DNA of 64,000 bases from a virus. Position numbers and translations under genes: made by a program. The DNA lies in the IMG/VR virus record IMGVR_UViG_3300027749_000062, positions 1-64,000 of that record; one strand, 5' to 3'. Positions 1 to 7,847 of this stretch are shown here, in pieces. The notes under the pieces are model-generated. The model did not search any database and was not told the origin of the DNA. It worked only from the letters and a program-made list of their open reading frames with translations. Position 1 is the stretch's first letter; every line of letters starts with the position of its first letter.

Positions 1-371
1 GGTGTCAACTGCCATTCATTCTTTTCTTTGTGTGACAATATTTTGATTTGTGAAATAAAAATTGGTTCAGGTTGTTGTACTTGTGCTTCATTAACAACTT
101 TGACTAAACCCCAATCTTCTAATAGGAGTGCGATAGCATTCCTACGAGATAAATCATTTTCAGATAAATCTGTCGGTTTCCCGTCAAGTGCAAACAATTC
201 TTTAAAATGTACAATATAGTATTTGCCTTGTTTATGCAAGATATGGCAAGATTGGAATAAAGTTTTGTCCTTCTTCGAAGCAACACCAATTCTGGTCAAT
301 GTCTCTCTTACTTTTAGAAAATCGTCTGGTTGTGTTAAAGTTACTTCAACTAAGTCCTGTATTCCTATCAT
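1..371 (-). CDS. regA: Translational repressor RegA (3' end runs off the window; absent from ORF track)
   Basis: Manual translation from ATG at 371 gives MIGIQDLVEVTLTQPDDFLKVRETLTRIGVASKKDKTLFQSCHILHKQGKYYIVHFKELFALDGK, the typical RegA motifs; follows gp62 as in T4. Confidence 0.95.
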   Translation of the reverse strand, partial: MIGIQDLVEVTLTQPDDFLKVRETLTRIGVASKKDKTLFQSCHILHKQGKYYIVHFKELFALDGKPTDLSENDLSRRNAIALLLEDWGLVKVVNEAQVQQPEPIFISQIKILSHKEKNEWQLT

Positions 372-753
372 TACTAATTCCGCCTTTATTTGTTTTTGCT
401 CTTATTTCAGCGATTTGGTCTTCATTAAGTATGCGGAGTGCTTCTTTGGCCTTTTCATTTGAATAACCAAAATATGTTTTAACGCATTCCAAATCTTTCA
501 AAACCTCTGTTTTTTGCCACGGTTGAAATTTCCGTTTCATGGGTCTAATAGTATTTAGAAGATACTGGTACTGGAGGTCTTTATCAACACCTGGATAGAT
601 GTTCATTTCGTTGGCATATAGTACACAGTCCATGTGATAGGACAAAGAACGGTTAATAAGAAAAGCTTTATAATCATCATACCCTTCACCATTGAAAACA
701 TCTTTCTTGGTTTGAAGGATAGAAGGAATAATCTCTTTGAATAAATCAGGCAT
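346..753 (-). CDS. gp62: Clamp loader small subunit
   Basis: Motifs FLINRSLSYHMDCVLYANEMN and YFGYSNEKAKEAL; synteny gp44-gp62-regA. Confidence 0.93.
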   Translation of the reverse strand: MPDLFKEIIPSILQTKKDVFNGEGYDDYKAFLINRSLSYHMDCVLYANEMNIYPGVDKDLQYQYLLNTIRPMKRKFQPWQKTEVLKDLECVKTYFGYSNEKAKEALRILNEDQIAEIRAKTNKGGISNDRNTGLS

Positions 754-1688
754 TATTTAAACTCACAGTCCACCATGATTTCAGTCATACAGGCAATCAT
801 ATTAATCTCATGGTCTGCAACGAATGCAGATTGATATTGATACTTAGCCAAATGCAAGACCAACTGGGGTACAGAGTTTGGTTTCAACAGGTCATATAGA
901 CCATCATAGATTTTACGATAGATTTTTGTTGGATCATTGTCTAGATTTTGTGTGACCCATTTACGAGCTGATGCAAAGTCTTTTTCTTTCAAAGATTTGA
1001 TTAAATCTTTTAGTTGTACATCTGCAACTGAACCGAGAGCACTTTTATCAATGACACCAGAGATGGAGAATCGTTGAAGTTCATTTAGAACCCTACGATT
1101 ATCTGGAAAGTGTTTAGAGATAATTGCCGCAACAACCTCTTTATCATATTTTACTTGTTCAAGTGTAAGGATACTTTCAACACGTTTGAAGAATCTGGAA
1201 GCCATTGCGGCTTTAGAACCATTCAACTTAAAGTCGATACAGGTACAACGAGAATGTATCGGTTCCATGATACGATTCTTAAAGTTGCAAGTAAAGATGA
1301 ACGAACAATTGGATGCAAATTCATCAATCACTCCACGAAATGCAGGTTGAGTTGAATTTGGATTTAGGTAGTCTGCTTCATCTACGATAACAACTTTGCG
1401 TCCACCCATTAAGGACATTGACGAGGCATAGTTCTTAATCTTATTTCTTAGAACATCGATGCCTGAATCATCAGAACCGTTAATCATGATATAATCACAA
1501 CCAACTTCCTGACATAAGGCTTTTGCAACAGTAGTTTTACCGACACCGGCGGTGCCAGACAACAAGAGATTAGGTATCTCTTTACGATTCACGAATTCCT
1601 GAAATGTTACTTTCAGTGATTCCGGAAGAATACATTCTTCAATAGTTTTTGGGCGATACTTCTCAACCCACAACATGTGTTCAGCCAT
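753..1688 (-). CDS. gp44: Clamp loader large subunit (RFC-like AAA+)
   Basis: LWVEKYRP, Walker A GTAGVGKT, Walker B IVDEAD, SRC motif. Confidence 0.97.
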   Translation of the reverse strand: MAEHMLWVEKYRPKTIEECILPESLKVTFQEFVNRKEIPNLLLSGTAGVGKTTVAKALCQEVGCDYIMINGSDDSGIDVLRNKIKNYASSMSLMGGRKVVIVDEADYLNPNSTQPAFRGVIDEFASNCSFIFTCNFKNRIMEPIHSRCTCIDFKLNGSKAAMASRFFKRVESILTLEQVKYDKEVVAAIISKHFPDNRRVLNELQRFSISGVIDKSALGSVADVQLKDLIKSLKEKDFASARKWVTQNLDNDPTKIYRKIYDGLYDLLKPNSVPQLVLHLAKYQYQSAFVADHEINMIACMTEIMVDCEFK

Positions 1689-1721
1689 TCAAAAACTCCA
1701 TAATATAAAAAATTCATTGTA

Positions 1722-2066
1722 TCACACTTTACGCCAAATGTCACCCTCCTTGACGTAAAGTTTACCATCCGGTCCTGGTTTCAAATCCACGGAAACATTT
1801 TTTTCTGTTCCAGGAATATATCTTGTACCATTACGAAATGTGACTGATATTGGATCTACCGGTGATGTATCAATTTCACCATATGTAGCTTTAAAAGATA
1901 GATAATGGCCAGAGTAATTTAGTTGTTTAACAATATCATCTGTGGCAAGTTCATCACTTTTAAAGACAAGTTTTTCACTGGCTTGTTTATAACCTTCTAC
2001 ACCGATTGCAAAAAGGCCTAAAAGGCCTAGTGATTTTGCAAAAGTTCTACGACCTGTGGGTGTCAT
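1722..2066 (-). CDS. Hypothetical protein with twin-arginine (Tat)-like N-terminal signal
   Basis: MTPTGRRTFAKSLGLLGLFAIG resembles the S/T-R-R-x-F-L-K consensus followed by a hydrophobic stretch; start overlaps the upstream stop. Confidence 0.6.
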   Translation of the reverse strand: MTPTGRRTFAKSLGLLGLFAIGVEGYKQASEKLVFKSDELATDDIVKQLNYSGHYLSFKATYGEIDTSPVDPISVTFRNGTRYIPGTEKNVSVDLKPGPDGKLYVKEGDIWRKV

Positions 2067-2338
2067 TTAGCGTCCTTGATACCTTCAATTAGAGCCTCAA
2101 CTTCTTTGAATTCTGCAAAGTCGGTTGATAGAGACTGTTTAAATTCATATACGGCAATTTTACGAATAATCTTTTTTGGAAGATTAAGTTCATCGTAAGC
2201 CAAATCAATCATATCAGAAATAGATTCATTATTGGATCTTGTTCTGTTCATACATGTAACAATTTCCTCAATATAACCCCTGAGACTCTTTAGTTGTTTT
2301 TCATCAAATGTACCAAATAGTGTATTTACTGTAGTCAT
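2063..2338 (-). CDS. dsbA: T4 DsbA-like / GapR-like dsDNA-binding protein
   Basis: 91-aa helical protein; ESISDMIDLAYDELNLPKKIIRKIAVYEFKQ...EVEAL resembles the T4 DsbA pattern. Confidence 0.65.
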   Translation of the reverse strand: MTTVNTLFGTFDEKQLKSLRGYIEEIVTCMNRTRSNNESISDMIDLAYDELNLPKKIIRKIAVYEFKQSLSTDFAEFKEVEALIEGIKDAK

Positions 2339-2339
2339 T

Positions 2340-2528
2340 TTATAGCTCCGCCTGTAGTTTACCTACAACTTCCAATAAAGGTTCTCTTGTTGCAACATTA
2401 CCATTCAATAGGTTAATCATTGTCAATTGAATACCTTCAGGATTTTTACCTTCAAATACAACAGAGATTTGTTTTGGATTTACAAAAATTGTGCCTTCTG
2501 TTTCGGCATCTAAAAATGGAATTAACAT
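2340..2528 (-). CDS. Small hypothetical protein, FlbD-like
   Basis: IFVNPKQI...MINLLNGN..TREPLLEVVGKL resembles the FlbD/SwrD family pattern. Confidence 0.45.
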   Translation of the reverse strand: MLIPFLDAETEGTIFVNPKQISVVFEGKNPEGIQLTMINLLNGNVATREPLLEVVGKLQAEL

Positions 2529-2529
2529 A

Positions 2530-3198
2530 TTACATTACACTTTCATTTTTTTCAAAAGCGACCCAATATTGAATGTCATCTTTTGTGTTTTTAAAATGTG
2601 CAAATCCTTTGAAAGAAATTTGCACTTCGTATTCACCAGGAATCATTTTTAAGTTTTCAACTTTAAAAACAATCTTGTATGATTTACCGTTACCGGCACC
2701 AACATTAATTGAGTTGGTATGTTGTGCATCATCTTTAGCATCATATGCAACCAATTCAACAGATTCACCGTCAGATTGTACAGAGATGTTTGGAGAAGAC
2801 AATACAGAAGATGCCTTCATAATGTCAGAGTAGTCTTCAGCAGTCAAAGTAAAAGAACAATCAACTTCATCCAATTTAATTTCTTTGTTTGGAGGAGTAA
2901 CAATCATTTCTTTTGCAGCTTTACGGAACTTAGTCTTACGGCGACCTCCGTTGAAGATAACATTAGCAGAATCAAATTCCAGTTCTGTTGCATCTTTAAA
3001 CAAAGAATATACAGACAAGAATTGGTTCAAATCATACACACAGAAATCTTCGGGAAAATCATCCTTGAGAATTGCTTGTGCGAGTACAGATTTACCTGCG
3101 GAAATTGTGGTAAGTTTATTACCTTTTTTAAATTCAATACCCTGATTGATTGTTGAAAAGTTTTTCAACACTCCTAGGGTTTCATTAGATAGTTTCAT
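2530..3198 (-). CDS. gp45: DNA polymerase sliding clamp
   Basis: MKLSNETLGVLKNFSTINQGI, YDLNQFL, FKVENLKMIPGEYEV, YWVAFE. Confidence 0.96.
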   Translation of the reverse strand: MKLSNETLGVLKNFSTINQGIEFKKGNKLTTISAGKSVLAQAILKDDFPEDFCVYDLNQFLSVYSLFKDATELEFDSANVIFNGGRRKTKFRKAAKEMIVTPPNKEIKLDEVDCSFTLTAEDYSDIMKASSVLSSPNISVQSDGESVELVAYDAKDDAQHTNSINVGAGNGKSYKIVFKVENLKMIPGEYEVQISFKGFAHFKNTKDDIQYWVAFEKNESVM

Positions 3199-3523
3199 CT
3201 TTTTTCTCCATTACAAAATCTTCACTAGAATACATTATATCATGTTCATACAAAAACATCAAGCAGCACATTGCATGTGCCAAGTGATGAATACCAGATT
3301 CGGGATCCATGACTTCACCCTTTTTCCATGCCCACACATGTCTTTCTAGTGCATCAAAGTACCTGCGTTTTGAATCAGGTACTTTTTTCCAATTATCACG
3401 TTCATATTTTTGAGCACCAAAAGTCAAAACTTTAACAGTTTCTTCTAGCGCTAAAGGTGGAAGTAAACCATACTCTAACTTGTTAGCATCATATTTGCGA
3501 CCAGCCTCTATCATCTTAGGCAT
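3185..3523 (-). CDS. DUF5664 / dATP-dGTP diphosphohydrolase N-terminal-domain protein
   Basis: GRKYDANK..YGLLP...VLTFGAQKYERDNWKK...DALERH...DPESGIHHLAHAMCCLMFL signature. Confidence 0.85.
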   Translation of the reverse strand: MPKMIEAGRKYDANKLEYGLLPPLALEETVKVLTFGAQKYERDNWKKVPDSKRRYFDALERHVWAWKKGEVMDPESGIHHLAHAMCCLMFLYEHDIMYSSEDFVMEKKDETI

Positions 3524-4320
3524 TACATTTCTCCAACATAATTAGCAACAGCTGGCATATCTCCATGGAAGTGATAGGTACCAATGTGTGCAGTACGCAT
3601 CCAAGGACACAACCAGATTGAACCACCCATGTTTCTCCACCATTGACAGAACATGTAATCTTCCGATAGATAACGCTCTGATTTTTTATCAATTACGGTG
3701 TCAAAATATGCATGAATATATCTTGAGCCATCAAAGTTTGCCTGACCCACATGGTCTGGTTTATATTTGAGTTCAGGATACTGTGCAGCAAATTTAGGGA
3801 AAACTTCACGTTTAACCATCATAAAACCAGTTCCAATTTCTAGAACTTCAAGAGGTTGTGTAACCGAAAACTGTGCAGTTCCTTTAACAGGATTAAATAC
3901 AAAGTCACCTGCTACCTTTTCTAGTACACCAGCATCAAGTTCTGGATTCTTTTCAAGAGCTTTCTTGACAGATTTCCATTTGATTGCTTTCTTTGGATAA
4001 GGTCCACCGATAACATCTTTATCAAGTGCTAACATTGCGATAACATCTTGCGGATTAAAATTAATATCCGAATCAATAAACAATAGATGAGTGCATTCTG
4101 AACGATTCAAAAACTCATCGACCAAATAGTTTCTTGCCCTTGTAATCAACGATTCATTGAACAAGAAAGAGAACTTTACCTGGATGCCGTATTGCATACA
4201 AAGGCCTTGTAGGTCCAAACAAGCCTTCATATAAAGACCGTGGTTCATACCACCATACATTGGTGTTGCTACAAAAATACTAAACTTCTGAAGCTCTTCT
4301 TTTTTAATACTTATTTCCAT
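3523..4320 (-). CDS. GT-A-fold glycosyltransferase-like protein
   Basis: VATPMYGG, ESLITRARN, THLLFIDSD (DxD), GTGFMMVKREVF, LSEDYMFC motifs. Confidence 0.75.
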   Translation of the reverse strand: MEISIKKEELQKFSIFVATPMYGGMNHGLYMKACLDLQGLCMQYGIQVKFSFLFNESLITRARNYLVDEFLNRSECTHLLFIDSDINFNPQDVIAMLALDKDVIGGPYPKKAIKWKSVKKALEKNPELDAGVLEKVAGDFVFNPVKGTAQFSVTQPLEVLEIGTGFMMVKREVFPKFAAQYPELKYKPDHVGQANFDGSRYIHAYFDTVIDKKSERYLSEDYMFCQWWRNMGGSIWLCPWMRTAHIGTYHFHGDMPAVANYVGEM

Positions 4321-4341
4321 GTAAACTCCATAAAATAGGGA

Positions 4342-4367
4342 AAACCACTTCCGCAGAGAAGTGGTTT
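4342..4367 (-). terminator. Stem-loop after the HTH gene (terminator or attenuator)
   Basis: Perfect 10-bp inverted repeat AAACCACTTC-cgcaga-GAAGTGGTTT with only a short U-run on the minus strand. Confidence 0.55.
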
Positions 4368-4379
4368 ATGTTTGCTTAA

Positions 4380-4649
4380 TTAAGCAGTTAGTGAGTAACC
4401 TGCGCTCATTGCAGCTTTAACCATTGCTTTGGTTGGTGAACCAAGACGGTAAAAACTGATTTTTTCGCCACTTTCTGTGTAGCGGGTGTTAGTGTAAATA
4501 ACATGACCTTCTTTGCGAAGCTCTTCGATCCGTGCGGAAACATTCTTGATACCGAAACGGCGTTGTGCAGCCTTAACTGTGAAAGTGTTGTAACCCTCAG
4601 TTTGTTTAAGTGCGGTCAAGATTTTTTGTTTTGCGGAAACTTTTTCCAT
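4380..4649 (-). CDS. Winged helix-turn-helix DNA-binding protein
   Basis: SAKQKILTAL...FTVKAAQRRFGIKNVSARIEELRKEGHVIYT...YRLG; GGAG RBS. Confidence 0.75.
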   Translation of the reverse strand: MEKVSAKQKILTALKQTEGYNTFTVKAAQRRFGIKNVSARIEELRKEGHVIYTNTRYTESGEKISFYRLGSPTKAMVKAAMSAGYSLTA

Positions 4650-4697
4650 AATATAACTCCAATAATTAAAAATACCTCACATTGCGTGAGTGTCACC

Positions 4698-4726
4698 ATC
4701 ATACATTTATATATGACGTTTGTCAA
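4698..4726 (-). promoter_or_regulatory. sigma70-type (early) promoter for the HTH gene and downstream genes
   Basis: Minus strand TTGACA-N17-TATGAT in an intergenic gap; inverted repeat CTCAC-N5-GTGAG just downstream (4676-4690). Confidence 0.8.
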
Positions 4727-4748
4727 GCATATTTGTGGTATACTTGTT

Positions 4749-6014
4749 TTACCTGCCAACTTGCGGCAGATATTTTGCCTTGGTTTCTTCCCAAGACAAA
4801 TAGATTAGGTCATCATAGAAAAGATTTTCATATGATACCTTGTTTTGTTTCTGTAGTTGCCGAATACGGCCTTTTGCATACTTTGTTTTCCAAATATTGG
4901 CCAAAGTTTCTTCACTGGTATCAAAAGACTTTACCAATTCTGCATCACCAATTTCTTTCCGTAAGAATTCATTTGTGTTATTATACAGGGGAGAAAAATA
5001 AATTCCGCGTTGGTGTTCGGTGCGAATCAGTTCTTTAGGAATACCAAGTTTAGAATATGCATAATTCAATGAACGATTTTTATGGTCGCGTTTCAATGGA
5101 AGTCCTTGTGGGTTCTTTGCTTCCCACCATTCAAAGTATTTTCTTGGTTCAATTTCTTTAATCCAATCAAACACCATATTGCGGGTAGAACGAGAAGGTT
5201 CAAACGCAACTGAGCCAGAAGAAAATCCCATTTTCTGCCAATGTTCCAAACCATCATACTGAGAAAGCCCGTTGGCTTTGGTTTTACCATATAATGACGT
5301 TGTAGTAACCCCAACAAGAGTGTCTCCATATCTTTCTTTCCAATCTTTCTGTACTGTATCTGCCAAACACAATAATGCCAATAGTTTACCACCCATGTAA
5401 CTATAACCAAGTGGTTGTAATGGAACAATAGTAGAACCAATTGCTGTATGGTTAATCATACTTTGTTGTGTCTTAACATCCCTAGACCATCCAATCGCAG
5501 TATCTCTAGGTGTAAGGTCAAGAAAGTCTGATGATATACAAATAACACCAAGGTACTTACCAGTGACGCCATCTTTGACTGTATAGAATAGATTGCGACC
5601 AATATTTGAGTTGTTCTTCATTGTAGAAGAAAATGTACGGACTGCATTCCATGTTTCTGCAAGTTCACCATTAGATAATTCTAATACAGGTTGCAGTTTT
5701 TCATAGTCATCAGGACCAGTTGGCATCCAAAAGTTCTTCTTGACCTTATTGATTATTTTGGCTTGCTCTTTGTCAATCAATTGTTGTTCCTCACCATCAA
5801 AGATAGTGAAGGTTGTTTCTGTTGGATAACGCTCTTTTACTTCAACCCATTTTTGATATAGTGTATATTCTTTCACATCCATTTTAGATGCATAAGTTAA
5901 ATCTTCAATCAGAATTTTTTTCAGATTGTCAACATCAATGTGTTCATGTTTTGGATTTTTCTCTAACCAATTATCCCATTGTTTTTCTACCGATTCAATT
6001 TGCGGTTTTGCCAT
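4749..6014 (-). CDS. DUF4338 / Druantia DruA-like protein
   Basis: GRNLFYTVKD..TGKYLGVICISSD...PRDTAIGW, VPLQPLGYSYMGGKLLALL, TTTSLYGK...SQYDGL..W.KMGFSSG. Confidence 0.75.
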   Translation of the reverse strand: MAKPQIESVEKQWDNWLEKNPKHEHIDVDNLKKILIEDLTYASKMDVKEYTLYQKWVEVKERYPTETTFTIFDGEEQQLIDKEQAKIINKVKKNFWMPTGPDDYEKLQPVLELSNGELAETWNAVRTFSSTMKNNSNIGRNLFYTVKDGVTGKYLGVICISSDFLDLTPRDTAIGWSRDVKTQQSMINHTAIGSTIVPLQPLGYSYMGGKLLALLCLADTVQKDWKERYGDTLVGVTTTSLYGKTKANGLSQYDGLEHWQKMGFSSGSVAFEPSRSTRNMVFDWIKEIEPRKYFEWWEAKNPQGLPLKRDHKNRSLNYAYSKLGIPKELIRTEHQRGIYFSPLYNNTNEFLRKEIGDAELVKSFDTSEETLANIWKTKYAKGRIRQLQKQNKVSYENLFYDDLIYLSWEETKAKYLPQVGR

Positions 6015-6636
6015 CGTTTAGTTTCTCAATTTTTTTCATCATGTTCATATAGTTAGCTTGAGCTTTAGAAATTTCTCTAATAGTCTTTTGGCGTTTCTCT
6101 TGTCCAGATTTAAGCGCCAAAGGCTTTGCACGGTCAGTATACACTATTCCATCCATGTGGTCAAGCTCATGGAGAAAACATCTTGCAGATATACCATTCA
6201 ATCTTGTGGTATGTTTTTCACCTACAAAATCTTGGTATTCTACCACAATTTCTTGTGGTCTGGTAATCCTAAGGCCCAATAATGGAAAAGATAAACAACC
6301 TTCAATCATATGGCACTCACCTTCAGATGAAATAACCTTAGGATTAAAAAATGCCACATAATCATCATTGGCACCCATGACAAAAACACGATAAGGAAAA
6401 CCACATTGATTCGCAGATAATCCTAAACCTTTATTCTTCTTACAAGTTTCCACTAAAGTAGATGCAAACTCATTAGCGTTCACAGGTGGATTTTGAAAAT
6501 CAAATTCTAATGTTTTTTGCCTAAGAATTTTCGCATTCTCATCAACCAAATCAAAAACTTTAGGTTCTTGTTTTGTTGCTGTTGGTGCAGTTTGTTTTAC
6601 TGCTTCTTCTGTACTATATGTAAATAAATCAACCAT
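5995..6636 (-). CDS. def: Peptide deformylase
   Basis: All three PDF motifs (GLGLSANQCG, EGCLS, HELDHMDG); start moved to ATG 6636 because a GAGGAG RBS precedes it. Confidence 0.93.
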   Translation of the reverse strand: MVDLFTYSTEEAVKQTAPTATKQEPKVFDLVDENAKILRQKTLEFDFQNPPVNANEFASTLVETCKKNKGLGLSANQCGFPYRVFVMGANDDYVAFFNPKVISSEGECHMIEGCLSFPLLGLRITRPQEIVVEYQDFVGEKHTTRLNGISARCFLHELDHMDGIVYTDRAKPLALKSGQEKRQKTIREISKAQANYMNMMKKIEKLNDGKTAN

Positions 6637-7774
6637 TTTCATTCTCCTCATCTTCATCAAAATCTTCAATATTAAAAACTGAATTTAAATTTCTGTTTGT
6701 AAGATAGTTATTGTTTATCTTCTGGTCTGTTTTACCAAAAACAATAAGCTTATTCATATCTTCACAAATGTCTTCAATGTTGGATGGAATGCATCCATAC
6801 AAATAAATTTTATTTGCTTTTGGTGTCATTCTTTCAAAAAATGCATTTGATATTTCATCTAAATGTGTGTGAAATTTATCTTTAAAAGAAAGAATGGATT
6901 TTATATAACATTTTTGTAAATCTTGTCCAGACAATTTACTAACATAAGTAATTACACGAATCTCTTTATTTGGATTCTGCTTAGACAATTTTGCAGCTAG
7001 AGATATTGCTTTCAATGGAGAGTTTGAAACATATGCCATGTATATAACAGTCGGAGTTTCAATATAATTATTTCCTTCCAACCAGGATTGCGCTTCTGTT
7101 GAACCTGCAAAAACCACAGGCAAAAGTTTATTATTTTTAAAAGAATCTGCACGTTGATAAATTTTATCAGCTAATTCATATCTTTTTGTCTGTGAAAATT
7201 TTCCTTTACCTAGGCAATCATTTATCCAATTTCTTATATCTTGAATATTTAACTCCAAGTCTTCATTATTAATTGCTCTTAATGCTCCTTGAAGTAGGTC
7301 ATCTTCTAATACCAAACCGGCCGGTGGACTTTCTTCACCTGCATTTAATCTAAAAGATAATTTTTCTTCTTCAATCTCATTAATTTTAACTACGGCACAA
7401 ATTCTATTTTTAAATTTCTTTTCTTCTAAAATTTTATCTTTTGTTCTACCATCAACTAATGAAAATTTTCCACCGGACATTCGTTTTACGAATATGGGTT
7501 TGCAGTACAATTTCCATCCAGAATCCAAAATGTCTGATTTTAATTCTTTATAATCTGGATTTAAACCACCTGCGCGAATTGATTGTGAAGATCCATAACC
7601 ATCTCTTTGAATTAGATTACTTTCTATCAGAAAAAACCCTTCAAATTGTAATGATTCAAATTTTTCATTACTATAAAATTGAGGAAACGTGTTTTTAGAA
7701 ATATGTTCTTTTACGAATTTTAAATTTTCTTCGGAAAAAGATCCATGTTCTTTGATTGTAATGATTGATTTCAT
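6629..7774 (-). CDS. Hypothetical protein with ParB/Srx-like N-terminal domain
   Basis: ELKSDILDSGW...KPIFV...FSLVDGRTK resembles ParB box motifs; CAGGAG RBS; visibly AT-rich. Confidence 0.5.
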   Translation of the reverse strand: MKSIITIKEHGSFSEENLKFVKEHISKNTFPQFYSNEKFESLQFEGFFLIESNLIQRDGYGSSQSIRAGGLNPDYKELKSDILDSGWKLYCKPIFVKRMSGGKFSLVDGRTKDKILEEKKFKNRICAVVKINEIEEEKLSFRLNAGEESPPAGLVLEDDLLQGALRAINNEDLELNIQDIRNWINDCLGKGKFSQTKRYELADKIYQRADSFKNNKLLPVVFAGSTEAQSWLEGNNYIETPTVIYMAYVSNSPLKAISLAAKLSKQNPNKEIRVITYVSKLSGQDLQKCYIKSILSFKDKFHTHLDEISNAFFERMTPKANKIYLYGCIPSNIEDICEDMNKLIVFGKTDQKINNNYLTNRNLNSVFNIEDFDEDEENENG

Positions 7775-7847
7775 ATAAACTCCTGTTAAAGATTTGAGTA
7801 TTTTTTAGTTACTCTGTTCATTTTACTGAACATTAAAAAGGTAAATT

